Shown here: positions 9,105 through 17,439 of the stretch, one piece after another | How the letters are laid out: each line of letters opens with the position of its first letter | How positions within the stretch are numbered: position 1 is the stretch's first letter | DNA from: Methanomassiliicoccales archaeon | GTDB taxonomy: Archaea; Thermoplasmatota; Thermoplasmata; Methanomassiliicoccales; UBA472 | DNA length: 64,000 nucleotides | Assembly (NCBI GenBank): GCA_026394395.1 | Contig: JAPKYK010000003.1 | Span: 12,547 to 76,546, forward strand | Direction: 5' to 3' | Translations under genes and position numbers: made by a program | Notes under the pieces: generated by a model | Told to the model about the DNA's origin: nothing | Databases searched by the model: none | What the model saw: the letters and a program-made list of their open reading frames with translations, nothing else

Positions 9105-9515
9105 ATGGTAGCGATACCGGATGAAGTAATGAAGGTCCTCAACGACCCAACCTCGGTGAGGGTCATAGCGACAAAATCAGAGAAGGGCGATGTTCATATT
9201 ATCCAGGCAGGAAGCATAAAGGCCCCCGCCCCGGACACCGTCATCATCGGTGCCATCCTCATGAAGCGCACCGGAAAGAACTTGGAGGGCATGAAGGCCA
9301 AGGGCGAGCTGGTCTCTATACTAGCTGGAAGTAAGACCACCTCTTTCGAGATCAGAGCCAAGGTCAAGGAACTGGTCACCTCCGGTCCGATGTTCGACGG
9401 CATGAACGCCGAATTGTCGAAGATGGGGATGAAGGCCAGCGGCGTCTGGGTTTTTGAGGTCAAAGAGGTCTGGAACCAAAGCGCCAACTTCAACGCCGGC
9501 AAGAAGATGGTCTAG
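9105..9515 (+). CDS. Small split-barrel (pyridoxamine-5'-phosphate-oxidase-like) flavoprotein candidate
   Basis: 136-aa ORF with clean coding composition. The N-terminus IPDEVMKVLNDPTSVRVIATKSEKGDVHIIQ resembles PNPOx-like family members. Functional assignment is weak. Confidence 0.45.
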   Translation: MVAIPDEVMKVLNDPTSVRVIATKSEKGDVHIIQAGSIKAPAPDTVIIGAILMKRTGKNLEGMKAKGELVSILAGSKTTSFEIRAKVKELVTSGPMFDGMNAELSKMGMKASGVWVFEVKEVWNQSANFNAGKKMV

Positions 9516-10774
9516 GCCATCTTCCTTTTATTTTTTAACCTTACGCGCACCGAATCGGCGTGCGCGTGCAAACCTTCCGTCTCCGCCAGCTTTATGGTGG
9601 CGGGGGCCAGCTTTTCCAACAACTCCTGGTCCAGGAACTGCACCGAGGAGCGCTTCATGAAGTGCAGCACATCCAGTCCAGAGTGTAGCGCGGCGTTGCC
9701 CGCCGTCGGTAGCACGTGGTCCGTGCCAGTGGTGTAGTCACCGCAGGCTACAGGGGAATCGTGCCCCAGGAAGATGGCCCCGGCGTTCTTGATCGATGAC
9801 AGCAACGAAAGGGGGTCCCGGACCTGCAGAGAAAGGTGTTCTGGGGCCAACTGATTGCTCACCGCCGCACTTTCCTCCACACCCCCGGTGATGATGTAGC
9901 CGCTGTTCTTCAGCGAACTGAGCATGATATCCCGCCGGGGGCTTTGGGCCACATGATCATCGATGATCCTCCACACCTTGTTTGGTAGAGTTCTATCGTC
10001 AGTGATCAGGGCGCACGCCGAGTGCGGGTCGTGCTCCGCCTGCGCCAGTATGTCCGCTGCCACGTTCTCCGGGCGAGCGCTGCTGTCCGCGATAATGGCT
10101 ATCTCGCTCGGCCCGGCGGGGAAGTCCATCTCCACCTCCTGCCTCAGTCTGACCTTGGCGGCGGTGACGTAGATGTTACCGGGTCCCACGATCTTCTGCA
10201 CCTTGGGCACCGTCTTCGTCCCCAGGGCCATGGCCGCTATGGCCTGGGCTCCTCCGCACTTGTAGATGCGGTCGACCCCGGCCAGGTCCAAGGCCACCAG
10301 CGTCAGGGGGTGAACTGGCGGAGGGGTGCAGGCTACGACGCTCGTCACGCCGGCCACCTTGGCCGGCACGGCGCACATAAGAGCGGTGCTGGGATAGGAT
10401 GCCCTCCCGCCGGGGATGTATATGCCTACGGATTCAAGGGGTGAATACTTCCAGCCCAGGGCGCTGTCCCCCTCCTTGATAAGATCGATGTCGTCCGGCC
10501 TCTGTCTCCGGTGGTAGGCTTCGATCCGATCCTTGGCGAACCTCAAAGCGACCAACAGTTCGGCGTCGATCTTTGTGTACGCCTCTTCGATCTCCTCTGC
10601 CGACACCTGCAGCGAGGTCAGCTCCACCTTGTCGAAGCGGGCGGTGAGCTTCTTCACCGCCGCATCGCCGTTCTCCGCCACCTGCTTGATGATGTCGTCG
10701 ACCGCCGGAAGGACCGCGCTCAGATCGGATCGTCCGCGCGCCTTCCAAGACCCGACGGACAGAGGTTCCCACAT
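9512..10774 (-). CDS. hisD: Histidinol dehydrogenase
   Basis: 420 aa containing AQAEHDPHS, CGDYTTGTDHVLPTAG and GLHAHADSVR, which are HisD hallmark regions. Confidence 0.92.
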   Translation of the reverse strand: MWEPLSVGSWKARGRSDLSAVLPAVDDIIKQVAENGDAAVKKLTARFDKVELTSLQVSAEEIEEAYTKIDAELLVALRFAKDRIEAYHRRQRPDDIDLIKEGDSALGWKYSPLESVGIYIPGGRASYPSTALMCAVPAKVAGVTSVVACTPPPVHPLTLVALDLAGVDRIYKCGGAQAIAAMALGTKTVPKVQKIVGPGNIYVTAAKVRLRQEVEMDFPAGPSEIAIIADSSARPENVAADILAQAEHDPHSACALITDDRTLPNKVWRIIDDHVAQSPRRDIMLSSLKNSGYIITGGVEESAAVSNQLAPEHLSLQVRDPLSLLSSIKNAGAIFLGHDSPVACGDYTTGTDHVLPTAGNAALHSGLDVLHFMKRSSVQFLDQELLEKLAPATIKLAETEGLHAHADSVRVRLKNKRKMA

Positions 10775-10807
10775 GATGTGGTGATTAACCCCGTCATAAA
10801 TAAATGC

Positions 10808-11197
10808 TCAGCCGTAGCCGTCCATCTCATACGATGGCCGCTTCCCCGCCGGGCAGTTGGCCGAATGGCGTATGAGGTCCTTCACTGTGTTGCGGAGGAC
10901 GGTGGCGTTGACGTAACCTACGGCGCCGCCTATCTTCTGGCCCTTGCAGAAATAGACGAAGGTGGGGGTACCGGTAACCTGGTATCTGGCAGCCAGGACG
11001 TTGTTGTGGTCGGTGTTGATTTTCATGAAGGTGGCGTCCGCACCCACTTCCTTCTGGGCCTGCAGCACTTCCGGTTCCACCTGCTTGCAGACGGAGCATC
11101 CCGGGGACCAGAACTCCAGGACTATGAACCCCCTCTCCCTCCTCAGCAGGTCCAGGAAGAGCTCGTCGCTGACCTCTCTGATGTCACCCATGGGCAT
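10808..11197 (-). CDS. Thioredoxin-fold protein with an atypical CSVC active site
   Basis: VLEFWSPGCSVCKQVEP, with a cis-Pro region GTPTFVYF. The start was moved to the ATG at 11197 because the track ORF (to 11317) overlaps the upstream gene by more than 100 nt. Confidence 0.75.
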   Translation of the reverse strand: MPMGDIREVSDELFLDLLRRERGFIVLEFWSPGCSVCKQVEPEVLQAQKEVGADATFMKINTDHNNVLAARYQVTGTPTFVYFCKGQKIGGAVGYVNATVLRNTVKDLIRHSANCPAGKRPSYEMDGYG

Positions 11198-11205
11198 CCT
11201 CGGAA

Positions 11206-11904
11206 CTATAGGGGGGTGGAGACCCAATAACCTTTTTCCTTGCGCTTGTCGCAGCCATCCTTGCAGTAGCGGGTCTCCAATCTGAAGTTCAGCTCCAGTT
11301 CGTTGGCGGCGGCCCACTGGTAAGCGAACTCCGCCGCGCCGCGCACGTTCAGTTCCACGGCCATGAATAGCATGTCCAGCTGTTCTTCGTCGGGGATATC
11401 CGATTCATCGTTCCCCTTCTTCCAATCGTAGCGCAGGACCTTCTCCACCATGGGGTATAGGTTGCCGCCAGAGCGACGGAACAGGTCCTTGAACACGGCG
11501 AAGTCTATGGCCGAGGGCTCGCGGCCCAGGTTCTTCTTCACCTTGATGAACAGCAGTTCAGATTTTCCGATCTCGTCCAGCACCCTTTCCACGCCTTCCT
11601 GACGGCGTTCCAGGGAATGGAAGCCTTCGATGTGCACGTGCTCCATATGTTCGGTAATGCCGCGCTGGCACTCGTTCATCAGCTCCATGAGCGAGGCCAG
11701 CTCGTCCAGCATCACCAGTAGGAGGGAGTAGCGCATCCTCTTTCTTCCGAGGTAGTCCGGCAGCTCGGATATGGCCCGGTAGGCGTTCAGGTACCCCAGC
11801 AGATGCACGGACATGTCCAGCATCTTCAGGTGCGCGTCGTTGATCTCCAGGTCCAGGTCGTTGGATGAGTTCCCGTTCGAAGCTTCCATTTGCATTCCTT
11901 CCAT
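11206..11904 (-). CDS. Hypothetical protein (232 aa, helical, acidic)
   Basis: Long ORF with coding-like composition, 8 nt upstream of the thioredoxin gene. I recognise no motif. Confidence 0.6.
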   Translation of the reverse strand: MEGMQMEASNGNSSNDLDLEINDAHLKMLDMSVHLLGYLNAYRAISELPDYLGRKRMRYSLLLVMLDELASLMELMNECQRGITEHMEHVHIEGFHSLERRQEGVERVLDEIGKSELLFIKVKKNLGREPSAIDFAVFKDLFRRSGGNLYPMVEKVLRYDWKKGNDESDIPDEEQLDMLFMAVELNVRGAAEFAYQWAAANELELNFRLETRYCKDGCDKRKEKGYWVSTPL

Positions 11905-11930
11905 TGATCGTGATATTATGTTCAGATGTA

Positions 11931-12191
11931 TCAGCCGAAACGGCGCCCGTATTCCTGCACCTGGGCGAGGAGGTACTCCTTCTCTATGGACGGCGGTACG
12001 TGGTCCCGGCGGTTGACCTCTTCTAGCAGCTCATGGTCCAGCTGCGGTTCTTGCAGTCTGAGGGCGTAGACCTGCTTCATGATGTCATCAAGGTCATTTA
12101 TGCCTACCTCTAGGCCTTTGACCGTGAGCTTTGGCGTTTCGTCAACCTGGATCGCATCAAGGCTGTTGTCGCACTTCTTGCAGTTGGCCAC
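11931..12191 (-). CDS. Hypothetical small protein with an N-terminal CxxC
   Basis: I propose a GTG start at 12191, preceded by GAGGTG. This gives VANCKKCDNSLDAIQVDETPKLTVKGLEVGINDLDDIM... The track start at 12248 abuts the stop of the MarC gene. Confidence 0.45.
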   Translation of the reverse strand: MANCKKCDNSLDAIQVDETPKLTVKGLEVGINDLDDIMKQVYALRLQEPQLDHELLEEVNRRDHVPPSIEKEYLLAQVQEYGRRFG

Positions 12192-12247
12192 ATTTTCACC
12201 TCGGTTGTCGTTTGTGCACGATAAATAAAAAACTTTGCATAATCGCA

Positions 12248-12889
12248 TCAGACCAGGGGAAGCAGGAGAGCCATGTTCAGGCTGGCGAGGACGTAGTCCA
12301 CCGCCCCCCGCATGATGAACTCCACGGCTATGGCCGCCAGCAGCAGCCCGATGATCTTGGAGAAGACCTCCAGAGCGTTGTTGCCAACTTTCTGTGAGAT
12401 GAGCAGGGAGTTCCTCATGATGCCCCAGGTGACCGCCAGGCTGATGATCCCGGCAATGAGCACGGTGAAATAGCCGTACAGGGTGACCAGCAGGATGGCC
12501 GTGGTGATGACTCCCGGTCCGGTCAGCAGCGGGGTGGCGATTATGACCCAGGCCACGCTAGTGTCCTCCTTTTTACTGAGCGTCAAAGAGAATATGATCT
12601 CCATGGCCATGAGCAGCAAAACGATGCCGCCGGCGATACGGAAGGCGCTGGTGGTTATGCTGAAAAAGGCCAACACCTGCGGGCCTATCAGGGCGAAGAT
12701 TACGAACAGCAGGCCGGCAACTAACACGGCCTTGTTCGCGCTGGCCACTTGCTCCTTCTCGCCCTGCCCCTTGGTCAAGGAAATGAACATAGGTACGGTG
12801 GCGAACGGATCGAAGATGAAGAACAGCAACGTGGTTGCGTAGATCAGATCCTCGAATCCGGGCATGGATGAGAGTAAAGGAAAGGTCAA
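12248..12889 (-). CDS. MarC/UPF0056 family integral membrane protein
   Basis: Six hydrophobic segments. The N-terminal motif FFIFDPFATVPMFISLT is typical of the MarC family. Confidence 0.75.
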   Translation of the reverse strand: MTFPLLSSMPGFEDLIYATTLLFFIFDPFATVPMFISLTKGQGEKEQVASANKAVLVAGLLFVIFALIGPQVLAFFSITTSAFRIAGGIVLLLMAMEIIFSLTLSKKEDTSVAWVIIATPLLTGPGVITTAILLVTLYGYFTVLIAGIISLAVTWGIMRNSLLISQKVGNNALEVFSKIIGLLLAAIAVEFIMRGAVDYVLASLNMALLLPLV

Positions 12890-12939
12890 TATCCATTTTT
12901 CGCACCATCTCGATAGTTATATGACCGAGGGGCTCTCTT

Positions 12940-13455
12940 TTGAAAACGATGAGAAAGGACCCCATTCTCAATCGTCGGAGCATCCGGCGCTACACCGCGC
13001 AGGATGTGGAGGAGAAGGATGTCATGAAGGTCCTGGAGGCGGCCATGGCCGCGCCCTCGGCCGGAAACGAACGCCCCTGGCATTTCGTGGTCATCCGGGA
13101 CAAGGAGGTCATGCAGGGGATAATGGGAGTGCATCCGTATGCCCAAATGCTCAAGCGATGCCCGGTGACGGTGCTTGTGTGCGGAGACCCCTCGTTGGAG
13201 AAGTATCCCGGTTTCTGGGTGCAGGACTGTTCCGCGGCCACGGAGAACATGCTGATCATGGCCGTGGAACTGGACCTGGGCGCGGTGTGGCTGGGCATAT
13301 ATCCAATCGAGGACCGGGTACACGGCCTGAGGCGATTGCTGGGATTGCCGGAGGACATCATCCCCTTCGCCCTGGTCCCTTTGGGGCATCCGGACGAGGA
13401 GAAGAAGAAGCTGGACCGCTTCGACGGGGAGAGGGTGCACCGGGACGGCTGGTGA
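12940..13455 (+). CDS. Nitroreductase-family flavoprotein
   Basis: ILNRRSIRRYT, APSAGNERPWHFVV, and a C-terminal region LGHPDEE. Confidence 0.8.
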   Translation: MKTMRKDPILNRRSIRRYTAQDVEEKDVMKVLEAAMAAPSAGNERPWHFVVIRDKEVMQGIMGVHPYAQMLKRCPVTVLVCGDPSLEKYPGFWVQDCSAATENMLIMAVELDLGAVWLGIYPIEDRVHGLRRLLGLPEDIIPFALVPLGHPDEEKKKLDRFDGERVHRDGW

Positions 13456-13501
13456 CCATTAATCTACCACTTATATCATACACGATGGGAGTGCTGATAG
13501 G

Positions 13502-13933
13502 ATGAAGCAACTTTGGAGATGTCACGTCTGTAACGATGTTCATCTGGGGAACAAGCCCCCGGATGTGTGCCCCACCTGCGGGGCCAAGAACGCCTTCGTG
13601 CGCTCGGATCTGAACGAAACGTTGGAGATCATAGGCAAGGAGCATCCGGCCATCGAGGCCCGCACGGACGTCGTCGCGGCCTGGAAGCAGTTCTCCGACC
13701 AGAGCCCCACGGTCAAGCTAACGGATAAAACGGACGAGATCGAGATACTGTCCCAGGGTGTCCTGGAGAACCTGCGGAACCGCGGGCAGCGCTATTGCCC
13801 TTGCCGCATAACCACTGGCGACCGGAAGAAGGACCTGAACCTGATATGCCCCTGCAACTTCCTCAAGCAGCAGACCTACAAGGAAACGGGGGAATGCTGG
13901 TGCGGGCTTTTCGTGAAGAGGGATGAGCAATGA
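13502..13933 (+). CDS. Ferredoxin:thioredoxin/disulfide reductase catalytic-subunit-like protein with an N-terminal rubredoxin-like domain
   Basis: The N-terminus has CHVC-x12-CPTC. The C-terminal half has the FTR catalytic Cys pattern CPC-x14-CPC-x13-CWC (YCPCRITTGDRKKDLNLICPCNFLKQQTYKETGECWCGLF). Confidence 0.8.
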   Translation: MKQLWRCHVCNDVHLGNKPPDVCPTCGAKNAFVRSDLNETLEIIGKEHPAIEARTDVVAAWKQFSDQSPTVKLTDKTDEIEILSQGVLENLRNRGQRYCPCRITTGDRKKDLNLICPCNFLKQQTYKETGECWCGLFVKRDEQ

Positions 13934-14217
13934 GCGATAAGAGATTGATCTGGTTCCACGGAAGGGAATGCCCCCATTGCCGCAAGATGGCCCCGATGGT
14001 GGACCAGTTCGAGGCCGAGAACGGAATCAAGCTAACACGCCTGGAGGTCTGGCACAGCGAAGAGAACGCCAAGCTGATGCGTTCGCTGGCCGAAGTGATC
14101 GCCCCAGCCTGCGGAGGTGACCTGGGCGTCCCGACCTTCTATAACGAAGTGACGGGCAAGGCCATCTGCGGCGGCCGCATCGACATGGACAAGCTCAAGG
14201 CCTGGGCCAAGGGGTGA
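13930..14217 (+). CDS. Small thioredoxin/glutaredoxin-like redox protein (CPHC)
   Basis: WFHGRECPHCRKMAP and the cis-Pro motif GVPTFY. The start overlaps the upstream stop by 4 nt. Confidence 0.8.
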   Translation: MSDKRLIWFHGRECPHCRKMAPMVDQFEAENGIKLTRLEVWHSEENAKLMRSLAEVIAPACGGDLGVPTFYNEVTGKAICGGRIDMDKLKAWAKG

Positions 14218-14498
14218 GTCCTTTGGAAAGAAGGGTCAGGGTCACCGGGGGCAAGACCCTGATCTTGAAGGTGGAATGTCAGGACGGTGCGGTGAAGGGA
14301 TTGCGCCTGCAGGGCGATTTCTTCTTCTTCCCCGAGGAAGGCGTGGCCCAGCTGGAATCGTTCCTGCTTACCTCTTCGATCTGGCAGATGGAGGACGTGG
14401 AATCGTTGATCTCCAAGTTCCTGGACGAGCACGGATACCGGGCGGTAGGGTTCGCCCCGGCCGACCTGGCCTATTTGCTGAGAGGATTGAGATGCTGA
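14214..14498 (+). CDS. lplB: Lipoate-protein ligase C-terminal domain protein (LplB type)
   Basis: 94 aa with ...KGLRLQGDFFFFPEEGVAQLESFL..., the GDFF-containing motif of the LplA C-terminal domain. The domain is encoded separately, as in Thermoplasma. The start overlaps the upstream stop by 4 nt. Confidence 0.75.
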   Translation: MSPLERRVRVTGGKTLILKVECQDGAVKGLRLQGDFFFFPEEGVAQLESFLLTSSIWQMEDVESLISKFLDEHGYRAVGFAPADLAYLLRGLRC

Positions 14499-15247
14499 GG
14501 AACAGGTGGAGGGTGCTGCGCTACGAGCCGAAAGCTGCGGCTTACAACATGGCCCTGGATGAGGCCATCGCCGAGGCGGTGAAGTTTCGCGTCGCCGGTC
14601 CGACCATCAGGTTCTACGGCTGGGAACCGGCGGCGGTGAGCATCGGGCGCTTCCAGGACCTGGAGGAGGTCGTGGACCTCGAGCAATGCCGCAAGCTCGG
14701 CGTCCAAGTGGTTCGCCGCAGCACCGGAGGCGGCGCCGTCTTCCACGACCGCGGAAAGGAGATCACCTACAGCGTCGTATGCCTCGAGGAGATGATGCCC
14801 CGGGACATCAACGAGGCCTACCGGGAGATAGGCGGTTGGCTGGTCAACGCCCTGAAGCTCATCGGCATCGAGGGGACCTTCGAGCCGATAAACGACGTGC
14901 TGGTGAACGGGAAGAAGATAAGCGGGAGCGCGCAATCCCGGCGGCAGGGCATCTTCCTGCAGCACGGCACTCTCATGTACGACCTGGACCGCGTGCGGAT
15001 GTTCTCGGTATTGAAGGTCCCCCCGGACAAGCTGAGGCCCCAGGGGATAGAGGGACCGGCCGAGCGGGTCACCAGCGTGAGGGAGCAGAAGAAGGTGCCT
15101 TGGGAGTTCGCCGTGGCTGCCATGGTCAACGCCTTCATCCTGAACAAGCAGTGGTACATCGGAGATCTGACCCAGGACGAACTGGCCCGGGCCGAACAGA
15201 TATCCCGGGAAAGATATTCCAACGAGGACTGGACCAGCGGTGCCTAA
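14492..15247 (+). CDS. lplA: Lipoate-protein ligase A catalytic (N-terminal) domain protein
   Basis: AYNMALDEAI, RFYGWEPAAVSIGRFQ, RRSTGGGAVFHD and the catalytic-Lys region NGKKISGSAQ. I use the ATG at 14492 (ATGCTGA overlap with the lplB stop). The track's 14276 start is an out-of-context extension. Confidence 0.85.
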   Translation: MLRNRWRVLRYEPKAAAYNMALDEAIAEAVKFRVAGPTIRFYGWEPAAVSIGRFQDLEEVVDLEQCRKLGVQVVRRSTGGGAVFHDRGKEITYSVVCLEEMMPRDINEAYREIGGWLVNALKLIGIEGTFEPINDVLVNGKKISGSAQSRRQGIFLQHGTLMYDLDRVRMFSVLKVPPDKLRPQGIEGPAERVTSVREQKKVPWEFAVAAMVNAFILNKQWYIGDLTQDELARAEQISRERYSNEDWTSGA

Positions 15248-16473
15248 TCCTCCAACAGCAGATGCTCCGGGTTCTCTAGCAGGTTGACCAGGTCCTTCAG
15301 GAACTTGGCGGCCACTGCGCCGTCGTAGGCTCGGTGATCGAACGTAAACGACAACGGCAGCACCTTGCGCACCTGCACTTTGCCGTCAACAACTAGCGGC
15401 GCGTCCATTATACGTCCCAGGCCCAGTATGGCCGTCTCCGGGTAGTTAACGATGGGCGTTCCGTACGTACCGCCGAAGACGCCGTAGTTGGTTATGGTGA
15501 AAGTACCTCCTTTCAGGTCGGCCAGGTCCACCTTCCGCTCCTGGGCGTTCTTGGCCAAAAAAGCAATCTCCTCGGCCAGCTCCCACAGGCTCTTCTGGTC
15601 CGCAGCCTTGATCACCGGGACCATGAGGCCGTCGTCGATGGCCACGGCCACGCCGATGTTGTAATACTTCTTGACCACCAGCTCTTCCCGCTCGTCGTCG
15701 ATCACGGAGTTCAGCAGCGGATGGGCCTTGAGCGCCCGGACCAGGGCGGTGATGATGAACGGTATGTAGGTGAGGCTCACCCCCCTCCGCTCCTTCATGG
15801 GGCCTTTGAGGCGCTCCCTCATCTCCACCAATCGAGTGACGTCCGCCTGCTCCATGCTGGTTACCGCGGCCACCTTCTGCTGCGATTCGAGCATGCGCTT
15901 GGCCGTGGTGCGCCTGATCCCCCGCATGGGGATGCGGTCCACGTAGCCGTAGATGTCGAACTTCGGCACAGTTCTAGGCGCGGCCTTGCGTCCCAGGTCA
16001 GCTTCCAACACCTGACCCTGCGGACCGGAGGGCGTCACCTGAGCTATATCCACGCCCTTCTCCTTGGCCATATACCGCACGGCCGGCGTGGCCAGGATCT
16101 CACGGCTGGAACGTTTGACCGTGGAGGACGACACCACCACCTCCTCGGTGGGCAGCTCGCCGACCACGGACACGGACGGCGGTCTCTCCTCCGGCTCGGT
16201 TTTCGGTAAGGTCGAATGTGCTTCGCCCTCCTCCCCAATTACCGCCAAGACCTCCCCCACCTTGACCAGCTCTCCCTCCTTGTGGTGGAGCTTCAGCACC
16301 TTTCCGGCCACCGGCGAGGGTATCTCCACCACCGCCTTGTCCGTCTCCACCTCGGCCAGGGACTGGTCCTTGTTCACCACGTCCCCTTCCTTGACCAACC
16401 ATTTCTTGACCTCGCCCTCGGCGATCCCCTCTCCCAGGTCCGGGAACTTGAACTGTATGGCCATCATGATCAC
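15244..16473 (-). CDS. 2-oxoacid dehydrogenase E2 (dihydrolipoamide acyltransferase)
   Basis: Lipoyl domain with EVETDKAVVEIPSP. Peripheral-subunit-binding domain ATPAVRYMAKEKGVD. Catalytic FTFDHRAYDG. Confidence 0.92.
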   Translation of the reverse strand: MIMMAIQFKFPDLGEGIAEGEVKKWLVKEGDVVNKDQSLAEVETDKAVVEIPSPVAGKVLKLHHKEGELVKVGEVLAVIGEEGEAHSTLPKTEPEERPPSVSVVGELPTEEVVVSSSTVKRSSREILATPAVRYMAKEKGVDIAQVTPSGPQGQVLEADLGRKAAPRTVPKFDIYGYVDRIPMRGIRRTTAKRMLESQQKVAAVTSMEQADVTRLVEMRERLKGPMKERRGVSLTYIPFIITALVRALKAHPLLNSVIDDEREELVVKKYYNIGVAVAIDDGLMVPVIKAADQKSLWELAEEIAFLAKNAQERKVDLADLKGGTFTITNYGVFGGTYGTPIVNYPETAILGLGRIMDAPLVVDGKVQVRKVLPLSFTFDHRAYDGAVAAKFLKDLVNLLENPEHLLLED

Positions 16474-17439
16474 CTAGAACCTCAACGTGCGCTCTATCCC
16501 TTCGACAATCATCTTCTCGTTCACGTAATAATGGTCCTCGCCCTTGGGCAGGGGGACCGTGATGTCCGGGGCGGTCACCCGTTCCACCGGCGCCTCCAGC
16601 TTCAGTATCGCTCCCTCATAGATGCGGGCGGCGATCTCCGCCCCCGGGCCGAAGGAGCGCGGGGCCTCGTGCACCACCACCGCCCTGCCGGTCCTGCGCA
16701 CCGATTCCAGCACCGTCTCCGAATCCATGGGCGAGATGGTCCTCAGATCGATGACCTCCACCGAGGCCTGCACCTGCGATAGGGCCTTCTGGACCAGGGG
16801 GATCATGGCTCCCCAGCCGACCACGGTCACGTCGTCCCCCTCCTGGACCACCCGGGACCTTCCCAGCGGCACGACGTGCTCACCGTCCAGCACCTCTTCC
16901 TTCAGCATGCGGTACGATCGCGTCGGTTCAAGGAACACCACCGGGTCCGGGTCCCGAATGGCCGAGGTCAGAAGTCCTTTGGCCTCCAGGGGCGTGGATG
17001 GCACCACAACTTTCAGTCCTGGTATCTGGGTGTACAGGGCCTCCGTGCTCTCCGAATGATGCTCTAGAGCTCGGACGCCAGCGCCGTAGGGCATGCGCAG
17101 GACCATGGGCACGGTGATCCGGCCTCGGGTCCGGTTCCGCATACGGGCGGCGTGGTTGATCATCTGGTTGAGGGAAATGTAGGAGAAGCCCATGAACTGC
17201 ATCTCCGCCACCGGCCGCAATCCGTTCATGGCCATGCCGATGGCCACCCCCACGATGCCCGCCTCCGCCAAGGGAGTGTCGATGACCCGTTCCCCGCCGA
17301 ACCTGTCCAAGAGGCCGTCGGTGACGCGGAACACCCCGCCGTCCAGGCCCACGTCCTCGCCTAGCACCACCACCGATGGATCGCGTTCCATCTCCTGCAT
17401 TAGGGCGGCGTTGATGGCCTGCACCATGTTCATCATCAT
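16474..17439 (-). CDS. 2-oxoacid dehydrogenase E1 beta subunit
   Basis: VVLGEDVG..GGVFRVT and RVIDTPLAEAGIVG, a transketolase-like pyrimidine-binding domain. The stop directly abuts the E2 start. Confidence 0.9.
   Translation of the reverse strand: MMMNMVQAINAALMQEMERDPSVVVLGEDVGLDGGVFRVTDGLLDRFGGERVIDTPLAEAGIVGVAIGMAMNGLRPVAEMQFMGFSYISLNQMINHAARMRNRTRGRITVPMVLRMPYGAGVRALEHHSESTEALYTQIPGLKVVVPSTPLEAKGLLTSAIRDPDPVVFLEPTRSYRMLKEEVLDGEHVVPLGRSRVVQEGDDVTVVGWGAMIPLVQKALSQVQASVEVIDLRTISPMDSETVLESVRRTGRAVVVHEAPRSFGPGAEIAARIYEGAILKLEAPVERVTAPDITVPLPKGEDHYYVNEKMIVEGIERTLRF

Noticed and set aside
14276-14491. N-terminal 72-codon extension of the LplA ORF proposed by the track
   Set aside because: It lies entirely inside the lplB coding region in another frame and is Arg/Gly/Pro-rich. 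The ATG at 14492, which overlaps the lplB stop, gives a canonical LplA N-terminus.
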